From positions 1-17,557 of the forward strand of contig CAZYCQ010000062.1 in NCBI GenBank assembly GCA_964645535.1: a stretch of 17,557 nucleotides of DNA, written 5' to 3'. Of this stretch, positions 1 through 7,877 are shown piece after piece. Numbering within the stretch: position 1 is the stretch's first letter; every line of letters starts with the position of its first letter. The translations under genes were made by a program, and so were the position numbers. Below the pieces are notes generated by a model. That model was given only the letters and a program-made list of their open reading frames with translations. It was not told the DNA's origin and did no database searches. Origin of the DNA: an uncultured archaeon (GTDB lineage: Archaea; Asgardarchaeota; Heimdallarchaeia; Heimdallarchaeales; Kariarchaeaceae).

Positions 1-2
1 CT

Positions 3-320
3 TTTTTTACCTGTCTGGAAACCATATTGTATAACGGGGGCATCCCGGGGGTAATTGAATTGAAGTCAGTTGTGAAACGAGGTGGGAGGGTCTTGATTCT
101 GTGTGCCCGGCATCGGGTGGAAAATGAGGAACTGATTGACCGTATGGATGTGAAGGGTTGTAGCATCTGCAATCCCCAGCAATTGGGCGATGCTTTTGAA
201 CGCTTGGCATCCCGGTGGATCATGCGGTGTCTGACCTTGGAAAAGCTTCATGGTGAAGGACGCTGTGTACCGACCTTTGAGCCCTATGATCGGTATATCG
301 GGACGGATCCTGTCCCCTGA
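3..320 (+). CDS. Probable 3' part of a hypothetical protein running in from the left edge
   Basis: The frame is open from nt 3 to TGA at 318-320 (the track ORF 27..320 uses an internal TTG). The composition is protein-like. VIELKS weakly resembles a PD-(D/E)XK ExK motif, which is not sufficient for a call. An in-register antisense ORF (66..389) competes with it. Confidence 0.4.
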   Translation, partial: FFTCLETILYNGGIPGVIELKSVVKRGGRVLILCARHRVENEELIDRMDVKGCSICNPQQLGDAFERLASRWIMRCLTLEKLHGEGRCVPTFEPYDRYIGTDPVP

Positions 321-434
321 TTTTTTCGCTGCATGTATTGCCTTCCTTAAAGATTGATGTATCTGTGCTGATGAATTCGACTGATGCATTCGGAACGGTT
401 CAAATAGAATGAAAGGATGGATATTTGTAGCAAA

Positions 435-440
435 GAGGTG
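435..440 (+). promoter_or_regulatory. Shine-Dalgarno site GAGGTG
   Basis: GAGGTG lies 5 nt before ATG 446. The same hexamer precedes the actin gene. Confidence 0.7.
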
Positions 441-445
441 TACCT

Positions 446-2569
446 ATGAAAAGGGTTTACAGTACCTATACCATGATTTTGCTTCTAGCAGTTTCTTTGG
501 GGTTCATCAATCTTGGAACCCAAGTCTCTGCCGATGCGACAACCACCTTCCAGACCGGCGATCGCCTAACCTACGTGGGTGATTCGTTCTATCTGGATTA
601 TGGTGAAAACAGTTTTACTGCATATATCGATCCTGAGAACAACGGCACATTCTTCCTCGGCAGGGATGAATGGAAATTGACTGAGTTTGTTCTGGATGGG
701 AATACATCAGCCGATGTTTTTGTCATCCGGAATGAACGAGGCTTTGACTCAATTTTCCTGATCAACACCAATACCGAGGCATTGCCTGGAAGTTATTGGA
801 ATGCGACGTCCTATGTTTACGATAGCGATCCGAATGTACCTCCCAATGACGGCAATTTCTCAGATTATCAGGATCTGAGTGGGCAAATGGATCATGAGTT
901 CAACCGTGAAGATTCCTCTGCCAATGCGACCTATGCCTACATGCCTCCTGAGTTTTTTGCAGGGGACTTTATTGTTCCCGGTTTGGATTTCGGTGGTGAT
1001 GCAGGTTTTGTCCTTCCCGATCTGTCTGTGAGTGTGACGAAAAGCGTGAGTACCGGTACGGGTAGCTATGTGATCAACGGGCAGAATTTCACCAACCTTT
1101 CCTTGAGGGTCTTTACCATGCGGGCCTTCGGAAGTATTGCCGGAACCATGAACATTACCATTCCTACACCTGAATTCGATGCTATTGCTGCAATGGATTA
1201 CAATGTGACCTATCTGAATGAAGTGGAATTTGTCTATGATTCTGCCACAGGCATTCCTTTGGAGATAAATCGCGATGAATTTTTCTGGGTTGACGGTAAC
1301 TTCAGCACCGGAGCATTTACCACCATGATGTATGATGAATTCGGAGTTCCTTTCAACGTCACACTTGATATGTCCGGTGATTTCTTCTTTGAAAACGACA
1401 ATGTTGAGAACCTTCAGTTGGCATTTGCCAGCAGCCATTACGGTCTTGCCCGTCCTGTTTCATTCGGTGATCCTCCCCTCAAGGAGAATGATGTTCTTAC
1501 CTATGATTGGGGACAATACGGCGACTTTGAAATCAGTGGATATGTTCAAGGGGAGTTGTTTGACGAAAATGGCACCTTCATGAACAACATCATTTCCACG
1601 AACCATATGACTTCAACAGAGGAAGGTTCGGGAACCACTTCCGTTGAGGTGTACCGTCACTATGCTGATGCATTTGAGGCTCTCATTTGGACTGAGGGTT
1701 CCATTAATAGGCAGGAAACAAGTGAGGAGAGTTTCTACGATGGGTTCCAGTGGAACAACAATTCATACACCTCTCCTGTGGACACTTCTCCGGTGATGAA
1801 GGTCATGCCCCTGTTTTCATCTTCGAACTCCTCACTTGAGATGTGGATTCCTCCCTTACCTAGCTATCCAAATCCGATGTTCGAAGGTGATGACAACGCT
1901 GATGGGCTTTTCGGTGGGGATCTCTTCGGTTTACCGATCGATTTCAGTGTGATCCCTCATGACATCCCGATGACAGGTTCCTTTGTTCAGACAGAAGGTC
2001 CCTATACTTATGAGATCAACGGCTTCACCTTCGAATTCCCTGTGGATGTCTTCACTTATGAATACGATTCCAGCTTTAGTGACACCCAATACTTTGACAA
2101 TTATCAGATCATTCTCAGTGGTTCTCTCTCAGTCACTGCAACTGATGTCTATGATCCTGTCACGGGTGTCTTGGTGGAAAGGGGTCTTGACATGAGCGTT
2201 ACGTTGTCAATTCAGGTCATGGAGATGGCACAGCCTGCTCAGAATGGTCCTTCTGAACCCGGCATGCACCTGGTTGAAGGGAGCTTGGATCTTGCAGCGA
2301 GTTTCTCCGAATGGAACGTACTTACTGCACACCCCCACAAGTACCTTGAAGCTCCTCCCACCAACAACACGTCGGTACCTTCTTCGAATTCCACCAGTCC
2401 CACTGAACCTACCGACACCAATACTTCCACATCAACTGCAAATACCAGTGCGACTACCAACGGCACCACTTCCTCTCCCTCTTTCGAGAGTCCCTTGCCT
2501 GGTTTTGAATGGGCAGCACCTCTGACTGTCTTTGCAACATTGGTGATCCTGAGGAAACGCCGCAGCTAA
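446..2569 (+). CDS. Cell-surface glycoprotein (707 aa) with two tandem ~310-aa domains and a PGF-CTERM-like sorting signal
   Basis: N-terminal signal peptide (MKR + hydrophobic stretch + VSA-D). Very acidic, beta-rich body with many N-x-S/T sequons and a Ser/Thr/Pro/Asn linker. The C-terminus is LPGFE + hydrophobic helix + RKRRS, the tripartite PGF-CTERM pattern. Confidence 0.85.
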   Translation: MKRVYSTYTMILLLAVSLGFINLGTQVSADATTTFQTGDRLTYVGDSFYLDYGENSFTAYIDPENNGTFFLGRDEWKLTEFVLDGNTSADVFVIRNERGFDSIFLINTNTEALPGSYWNATSYVYDSDPNVPPNDGNFSDYQDLSGQMDHEFNREDSSANATYAYMPPEFFAGDFIVPGLDFGGDAGFVLPDLSVSVTKSVSTGTGSYVINGQNFTNLSLRVFTMRAFGSIAGTMNITIPTPEFDAIAAMDYNVTYLNEVEFVYDSATGIPLEINRDEFFWVDGNFSTGAFTTMMYDEFGVPFNVTLDMSGDFFFENDNVENLQLAFASSHYGLARPVSFGDPPLKENDVLTYDWGQYGDFEISGYVQGELFDENGTFMNNIISTNHMTSTEEGSGTTSVEVYRHYADAFEALIWTEGSINRQETSEESFYDGFQWNNNSYTSPVDTSPVMKVMPLFSSSNSSLEMWIPPLPSYPNPMFEGDDNADGLFGGDLFGLPIDFSVIPHDIPMTGSFVQTEGPYTYEINGFTFEFPVDVFTYEYDSSFSDTQYFDNYQIILSGSLSVTATDVYDPVTGVLVERGLDMSVTLSIQVMEMAQPAQNGPSEPGMHLVEGSLDLAASFSEWNVLTAHPHKYLEAPPTNNTSVPSSNSTSPTEPTDTNTSTSTANTSATTNGTTSSPSFESPLPGFEWAAPLTVFATLVILRKRRS

Positions 2570-2810
2570 AAACTTGGTAAAATAGTTTAACGAAAATTCA
2601 ATCTATACAATTCACATGTAATTTACAATTGATTTGGACATTAGTTTAAAGAAAGGCAGTGAAATTATTCTGTTGGCTAGAAATCTGTGTCCGAGCGGGG
2701 CAATCTATTGATCAAATATTTTTCTAATAATAAAAAGAAAATATGAAAAATACGTGTAGAATGGTGTTTCACCGATTTAGACGCGCAAATTGTCGGATAT
2801 ATTTTTGCAC

Positions 2811-2822
2811 AAAAGTTATATA
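2811..2822 (+). promoter_or_regulatory. Archaeal BRE + TATA box of the actin gene
   Basis: AAAAG-TTATATA lies about 65 nt upstream of the ATG, implying a 5' UTR of roughly 40 nt that contains the SD site. The lipase promoter is near-identical (CAAAAG-TTAAATA). Confidence 0.65.
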
Positions 2823-2873
2823 CTAGAAAATCGTACACCTATCTTGAAGTGATGTCCCCCACGGACATTCGCT

Positions 2874-2879
2874 GAGGTG
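2874..2879 (+). promoter_or_regulatory. Shine-Dalgarno site GAGGTG of the actin gene
   Basis: GAGGTG lies 8 nt before ATG 2888. Confidence 0.7.
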
Positions 2880-2887
2880 TATGAACA

Positions 2888-4024
2888 ATGAGTGAAGAAG
2901 TAACCGGAAGACCCCTCGTTATTGATAATGGTACTGGTCTTTCCAAGAACGGTTTTGCAGGAGAGGATCAGCCAAGATCCGTCTTCCCCACCTTGGTTGG
3001 CTATCCAAAATACCAATCCATCATGACTGACGTCGACCACTATGTAAGGGACTACTACATCGGAGATGAAGCTCTTAACCTTCGTGGTGTCCTGAAACTT
3101 GAATACCCCATCGAACACGGTGCAATTGAATCCTGGGATGCAATGGAAAAGATATGGAACTTTACGTTCTTCAATGACCTGAGGGTCAATCCCGCAGAAC
3201 ATCCCGTCCTCCTGACCGAGCCTCCTCTCAATGCCCTTTCAAACAGGGAAAAGATGGCAGAGCTCATGTTTGAGACCTTTAATGTCCCTGCACTCTATAT
3301 TTCCATGCAGGCTGTGCTTTCCCTCTATGCATCCGGAAGAACCACTGGTATCGTCGTTGACTCAGGTGACGGTGTTACCCACGTTGTCCCTGTCTATGAA
3401 GGATTCGCCATCACTCATGCCATCAACAGGATCGACATCGGTGGACGTGACATTACGGACTACCTCCGAAGGCTGCTCAGGCAGAGAGGCTATTCATTGA
3501 CCTCCAGCGCTGAGAAGGAAATCGTCCGTGACATCAAGGAGAGGCTGTGCTATGTTGCCCTCGATCCTCAGAAGGAACTTGCCTTGGCAGACAAGGTCTC
3601 CGGAATGGAAAAGAGCTATGTCATGCCTGACGGTGACACCATCACCATTGGACAGGAGAGGTTCTTGGCACCTGAACTCTTCTTCAATCCCAGTGCAATG
3701 GGATCTGAGGAGCAATCCATGCCTGAACTGATCTATAACTCCATCAATGAATGTGACGTTGACATCAGACCTCACCTCTACAGCAACATCGTTCTTTCCG
3801 GTGGATCAACCATGTTCCCCGGTCTGAAGGAGAGATTGCACAAGGAGCTCAGCTCAATGGTGCCAGAAGCAGTCGAGATCAAGATCGTCGCCCCGCCCGA
3901 AAGACGCTATTCCGTCTGGATCGGCGGTTCCATCCTTGCCAGTCTCAAGACCTTCAACAAGATGTGGGTCAGCCGCAAGGAATACAATGACTCTGGACCC
4001 AAAGCAGTCTACAGATGCATTTAA
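2888..4024 (+). CDS. Actin (Asgard actin, conserved Lokiactin type), 378 aa
   Basis: Colinear with eukaryotic actin throughout: phosphate 1 [65 protein letters not shown] (phosphate 2), [40 protein letters not shown]. The D-loop [15 protein letters not shown] and the RCI C-terminus are Asgard-like rather than eukaryotic. Confidence 0.98.
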   Translation: MSEEVTGRPLVIDNGTGLSKNGFAGEDQPRSVFPTLVGYPKYQSIMTDVDHYVRDYYIGDEALNLRGVLKLEYPIEHGAIESWDAMEKIWNFTFFNDLRVNPAEHPVLLTEPPLNALSNREKMAELMFETFNVPALYISMQAVLSLYASGRTTGIVVDSGDGVTHVVPVYEGFAITHAINRIDIGGRDITDYLRRLLRQRGYSLTSSAEKEIVRDIKERLCYVALDPQKELALADKVSGMEKSYVMPDGDTITIGQERFLAPELFFNPSAMGSEEQSMPELIYNSINECDVDIRPHLYSNIVLSGGSTMFPGLKERLHKELSSMVPEAVEIKIVAPPERRYSVWIGGSILASLKTFNKMWVSRKEYNDSGPKAVYRCI

Positions 4025-4059
4025 ACTAATCCGATATCCTATACTTGATAGCTTGATGA

Positions 4060-4065
4060 TTTTTT
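4060..4065 (+). terminator. Possible oligo-T terminator of the actin gene
   Basis: T6 run about 35 nt after the stop codon. Archaeal intrinsic terminators are T-tracts. Confidence 0.35.
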
Positions 4066-4181
4066 GAATATAATCAATCTGAAACTTGCAATGCGTTTGT
4101 TCACTTGCTCGATCATTTCAAACTATTACTGAAGAAGGGTTAATTACGCTTTTCTTCTCCGAAACCATTTTAAAATCTACC

Positions 4182-4212
4182 TTGCTAATGGAGTTTAGCA
4201 AAGTTTTAAAAA
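4182..4212 (+). promoter_or_regulatory. Inverted repeat (candidate regulator site) abutting the BRE/TATA of the wHTH gene
   Basis: TTGCTAA-tggagt-TTAGCAA (4182-4201) is followed by AG-TTTTAAAAA (4204-4212), about 25 nt before ATG 4237, which is leaderless spacing. Confidence 0.55.
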
Positions 4213-4236
4213 GAGATAACAATATGGACTTAACTT

Positions 4237-4941
4237 ATGTCTGGCTCATCGTTGATGCTGAAACTTTTGGCAAGTATCGAAAAACACCCTCTTCGTTTCC
4301 AGATATTGCAAACATTGGATCGAGAAAAAGAGCTCTGTTTCAATACGCTTTCAGCGATGCTTGAGGTCAAAAAGAATCAACTGGCCTATCATCTAAAAGT
4401 TTTGGTTGCTGAGGGTCTGATTGTCAAGAATGCTCATACCGGGAAATATAACTTGACTGCACTATGTCAACTTATTTACCAAATTTATTTTCACATTCCG
4501 GAAGTCAATCGATTTTTGTCTCATCTTTATCGTAATCCATCTATTGAGATACCATCAATAATACAGGAGCTGTATTGGCAACATCTCTCGAAATACAAAA
4601 TTATTGATTCCGAAGATGATCTTCTGTCGTTTGTCCCTGAACTTGTGGATGGGAAACCATTCCATCTCTCTCTCAATTTCAACCCTGATGAGCTTTCAGA
4701 CTTCGGAATCCTCATCAATGTCTGCCGCAAGTTACAGATAGATGAAAAGTATACCAGCTTCTACAAGGTATTACCCGACTTCAGGTTCATCATGCTCAAT
4801 TCAGAAAAGGTATTTATTGCTTTCATTGATGACAGAGGGGATGTTCTTCCATATTTTGGTATTGCCTCAACGGATATGGATTTGATTTCATATATCAAGT
4901 CAAAAATCGTTGCTGCTCCTCCGGAAGTCAAGATTTATTGA
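4237..4941 (+). CDS. Winged-HTH (ArsR-like) transcriptional regulator with a TrmB-like C-terminal effector domain
   Basis: N-terminal HPLRFQILQTL...FNTLSAMLEVKKNQLAYHLKVLVAEGLIVK...GKYNLT is a typical ArsR/HTH_5 pattern. C-terminal RFIMLNSEKVFIAF...GIASTDMDLISYI resembles the degenerate PLD-like domain of TrmB-family proteins (less certain). Confidence 0.8.
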   Translation: MSGSSLMLKLLASIEKHPLRFQILQTLDREKELCFNTLSAMLEVKKNQLAYHLKVLVAEGLIVKNAHTGKYNLTALCQLIYQIYFHIPEVNRFLSHLYRNPSIEIPSIIQELYWQHLSKYKIIDSEDDLLSFVPELVDGKPFHLSLNFNPDELSDFGILINVCRKLQIDEKYTSFYKVLPDFRFIMLNSEKVFIAFIDDRGDVLPYFGIASTDMDLISYIKSKIVAAPPEVKIY

Positions 4942-4995
4942 GAATTGGAAAAGCCAGAATGCCATGGAAAATATTCAACTTATATTTTTCTCGGA

Positions 4996-6309
4996 CTAGA
5001 AAGAGACCGGGTGATCATAGACGTATAGCTTCATCCCATAGAACCCGTTATTGTCGTTTCCTGTTCCCATTATCTGTACATAAATCCAATCTATGCCGTA
5101 TTCTTTTATCCAGACATGGTCGAACCCCTTGCCCCCTGATGCAGTTACCCACGGATTGCAAAAGGGATTTTGGGTATCATAGCCATAACAAAGTCTGAAC
5201 TGAACGGGAGGTCCCGCAACAGTTACATAGACATCGGCTTGCTGCCCTTTTTTCCCAATTTTATATGTGTCCTTATAGATGCCTGCGATATATCCCACAG
5301 TTTCTGCAACTTGATCATGAAAAAACCCATCGTTGTTGAACCAAATTGTATTGTTGGTTATATCCAAGGCATTTGAAAATCCCCATTTAGCATCCTCATT
5401 GCTTCCCCCATCAATCAATTTATAGTTAACATGCCTTGCCATGTCGCCGAACGAATTTTGCGCATTATTGTATCCATTTTCATAAATGACATACTCATTG
5501 CTGTTTGTCCATTCAAAACCATAAAATGTCCCATCTACTGTAACTCCGATACTGAAGCTTGTTTCATATCCTCCTTTCACAGTCCATCTGTCAATAATAT
5601 TTCCCAGATCATCTTTGAGCCTATAAATCAAGTCAAGATAAAGCTTCCCTGTTGTAACAACACCCCCTTCAATGGCATGATTAAAATCTTCAGTTTGTTC
5701 CACACCAAACTTGGCCGCTGTCAATTTCGCCTCTGTCCAAAGCTTTATGCCGATATTTCCTCCTTTTCCATATCCATCTTTATCAACGATATTCCAATCA
5801 AAGTTTAAACCAAAACAGATTTCTGCCTCAAGATTGAGGAGATCCTTCCAACTTCCTTCTTTAATTCCAAGGGTTTTGGTTAAGGCATAGAGTTTGTTCG
5901 TTTTTACTGTCCACGGACAGAATGTCAATTGACTATTCCCTTCAAATCCTGATTCTACAAGATGATGGTTTTCCCATCTAAGATAAACGCTGATTTCATT
6001 ATCAACGGATGCCTTTTTCGTCGCAATATCCGTCTCATAATTAAATTTCAATGTTCCTTGGGCAATTTGCGTATAGTTCCCTAAGTAATATGAACCGACC
6101 ATCGTAAAGGAAAATGCAATCCCTTTTAGCCCAATCAGCTCCCTAAGTACAGCTTCCACATCCCATTCAAATTCATACGCACCAAACCCGAAATTCATGT
6201 TAAAACTATAGGTTGGTTCGTTGTGGTTCCCTGATACAGGTGCAGCCAAAGCAAATGCTGAAGTTACTATCACCGACAGGGTAAGTATCCCAATAAGTTT
6301 TCTGTACAC
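4996..6309 (-). CDS. Secreted beta-rich hypothetical protein with a C-terminal PPC-like (pre-peptidase C-terminal) domain
   Basis: The track ORF starts at 6384, but GTG at 6309 has an SD site (AAGGTGG) 5 nt upstream and begins a signal peptide (YRK-LIGILTLSVIVTSAFALAA). The body has alternating aromatic/polar beta patterns. The end (FSNALDI...GYIAGIYKDTYKI...IYVQIMG....GFYGMKL) resembles PPC domains. Confidence 0.7.
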   Translation of the reverse strand: MYRKLIGILTLSVIVTSAFALAAPVSGNHNEPTYSFNMNFGFGAYEFEWDVEAVLRELIGLKGIAFSFTMVGSYYLGNYTQIAQGTLKFNYETDIATKKASVDNEISVYLRWENHHLVESGFEGNSQLTFCPWTVKTNKLYALTKTLGIKEGSWKDLLNLEAEICFGLNFDWNIVDKDGYGKGGNIGIKLWTEAKLTAAKFGVEQTEDFNHAIEGGVVTTGKLYLDLIYRLKDDLGNIIDRWTVKGGYETSFSIGVTVDGTFYGFEWTNSNEYVIYENGYNNAQNSFGDMARHVNYKLIDGGSNEDAKWGFSNALDITNNTIWFNNDGFFHDQVAETVGYIAGIYKDTYKIGKKGQQADVYVTVAGPPVQFRLCYGYDTQNPFCNPWVTASGGKGFDHVWIKEYGIDWIYVQIMGTGNDNNGFYGMKLYVYDHPVSF

Positions 6310-6587
6310 ATTGTCCACCTTTGGTGAATGGGATATCGGCCAGAAGTATTTTAATTGTGGCTCAACAGACTTCAAACAGGTCAAAAGGGTTCGAATTAAT
6401 CAAAAAAAATTGACCTTTTTCAGTCGTTGGATTGTAATTTCCACTTGTAAGGCTAATTGATCATCCGGTAAGTCCTGCAAATCTTCTGGGGGTGTGATGA
6501 AAAATACGCAAAGGAAAATAAAAGAACTGTTTCACAATAATATCCATCCCTAGAAAAATTGATTAAGCGATTTCCCATAGGGAATTC

Positions 6588-7877
6588 ATGGAATTAGGTC
6601 TAGCCCATCACGACCCGAATGATCCGAACTTCACTTCCCATGTCTTCATTTGGAGAGATAAGGCCTACTGTATAGGTTGTACAACCAACAAGGTCTTCAT
6701 GCATCTTGTCCTGCCTGTTTTGGTGGTGGGGCTGCTCTCAATTGGCACTTCCGAATTGATGATTTTCGGAACACTCCTTGGATTTTCCACAGCGATTACA
6801 TCCTACGAGGTCTTTAAAGGTCACCGTTTGGGAATCTACCTGCAAATGATCCCTAATCTTTTTACCATGTTCTCCCTATATTTGGTGGCGACAACTCCAG
6901 TTGATCTGGAGCTTCTACAAAGGCTTGCTATCGCCACTGTGCTGACATTCCCTCAATTCGGAATCTATGGTTTCAAAATCCTTGCACAACGTGATTTCAA
7001 CAGAAAACCTGTGAAATTCATATCTCGTCTAATGTTTATTGTTGGATTTTTCTTTGCCCTCACCGGATTTGTTGAGGCGCCGGTGCAGGCCGGTCTGTAC
7101 ATCGGAGTGGTGGCATATCTCTTTTTCAGGATCCGTGAATTTTCCTCCCATATCGTAGGTGGAAACTCCCATGCGCTCCTTCCGGATTGGGTCTATCCCC
7201 TTATTTCCCGTTACTCTTCCCTGACCGTCCCCCTTATGCTTGTTCTTTTCATGTTAGGGATTGCAAAGTTTCCCTCTTCCCAAACCTGCTTTGTCTCAGC
7301 GGGTGCAGTTCCATTTCTTTCCCTCAGTAACCTAAGCTACTGTCCCAATTGTGGTGATCCAGTTGAGCCTCATGAGAAGTTCTGTGACAAATGCGGCACA
7401 AGTCTATCTCAAGCAACTCCTTCCAAGGCAATGGATACTCCTCCTCAAGGGGCATACCCTTCCCAAGGTCAATATCCACAAGGGCAGCAACCTCCCGCTC
7501 AATATCCTCCCAATCAATATCCACAAGGACAACAACCTTCTGGTCAGTATCCCCCCAGTCAATATCCTCCCGGTCAGTATCCACAGGGAGGATATCCTCC
7601 TCAATCGGGAGCCTATCCGGGATATACTGGTGCCTATCCTGGAAGCATGACTCGTCCAAGTTCTGAGGAAGATAAATGGAAGGCTGCTGTCGGTGTTGGT
7701 ATTGGAATTGCCGTTCTCGTTTTCCTTCTCACTACAAACATTGTCTCCGCAATTGTTGCTGGAATTATCGGCGGGATCGGCACTTATCTTTTCCTATCAA
7801 CTGACAACTGCTGTATCCAATACTGTATTCTTGATACTTGTTCTGACTGTATCTGCTCAATTATTTCAGATGACTAG
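6588..7877 (+). CDS. Multi-pass membrane protein with a zinc ribbon, Pro/Gln/Tyr/Gly repeats, a C-terminal TM hairpin and a Cys-rich tail
   Basis: N-terminal HH...H...YCIGC (DUF2085-like), then about 7 hydrophobic segments, then YCPNCG-x7-FCDKCG. A pentapeptide xQYP(P/Q) repeat follows, then two Gly-rich TM segments and [16 protein letters not shown]. Confidence 0.85.
   Translation: MELGLAHHDPNDPNFTSHVFIWRDKAYCIGCTTNKVFMHLVLPVLVVGLLSIGTSELMIFGTLLGFSTAITSYEVFKGHRLGIYLQMIPNLFTMFSLYLVATTPVDLELLQRLAIATVLTFPQFGIYGFKILAQRDFNRKPVKFISRLMFIVGFFFALTGFVEAPVQAGLYIGVVAYLFFRIREFSSHIVGGNSHALLPDWVYPLISRYSSLTVPLMLVLFMLGIAKFPSSQTCFVSAGAVPFLSLSNLSYCPNCGDPVEPHEKFCDKCGTSLSQATPSKAMDTPPQGAYPSQGQYPQGQQPPAQYPPNQYPQGQQPSGQYPPSQYPPGQYPQGGYPPQSGAYPGYTGAYPGSMTRPSSEEDKWKAAVGVGIGIAVLVFLLTTNIVSAIVAGIIGGIGTYLFLSTDNCCIQYCILDTCSDCICSIISDD
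7449..7643 (+). repeat. Coding 15-nt degenerate tandem repeat (xQYP[P/Q] pentapeptides, then GAYPG x2)
   Basis: [45 protein letters not shown], with CA(A/G)TATCC recurring at multiples of 15 nt. Confidence 0.85.

Noticed and set aside
318-350. Selenocysteine readthrough of TGA 318-320
   Set aside because: No recognisable SECIS or redox motif, and a TAA follows 10 codons later.
66-389. 107-aa minus-strand ORF
   Set aside because: It is the in-register antisense of the plus-strand frame 3..320, with His/Gln/Phe-rich shadow-like composition and no motif. Not fully excluded.
860-3775. Alternate-frame and antisense ORFs inside the glycoprotein and actin genes (e.g. 860..1438, 2816..3202, 3494..3775)
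   Set aside because: Shadow ORFs of well-supported genes, with no motifs or initiation signals.
2888-4024. Eukaryotic contamination as the source of actin
   Set aside because: No introns, an archaeal BRE/TATA and SD site, an Asgard-type D-loop, and neighbours with archaeal prepilin and PGF signals.
4010-4024. CAAX prenylation signal at the actin C-terminus
   Set aside because: The Cys is penultimate (YRCI), equivalent to actin Cys374, not at position -4.
4086-4364. 92-aa ORF after actin
   Set aside because: TTG start, runs through the promoter and overlaps the wHTH gene out of frame, and has no recognisable features.
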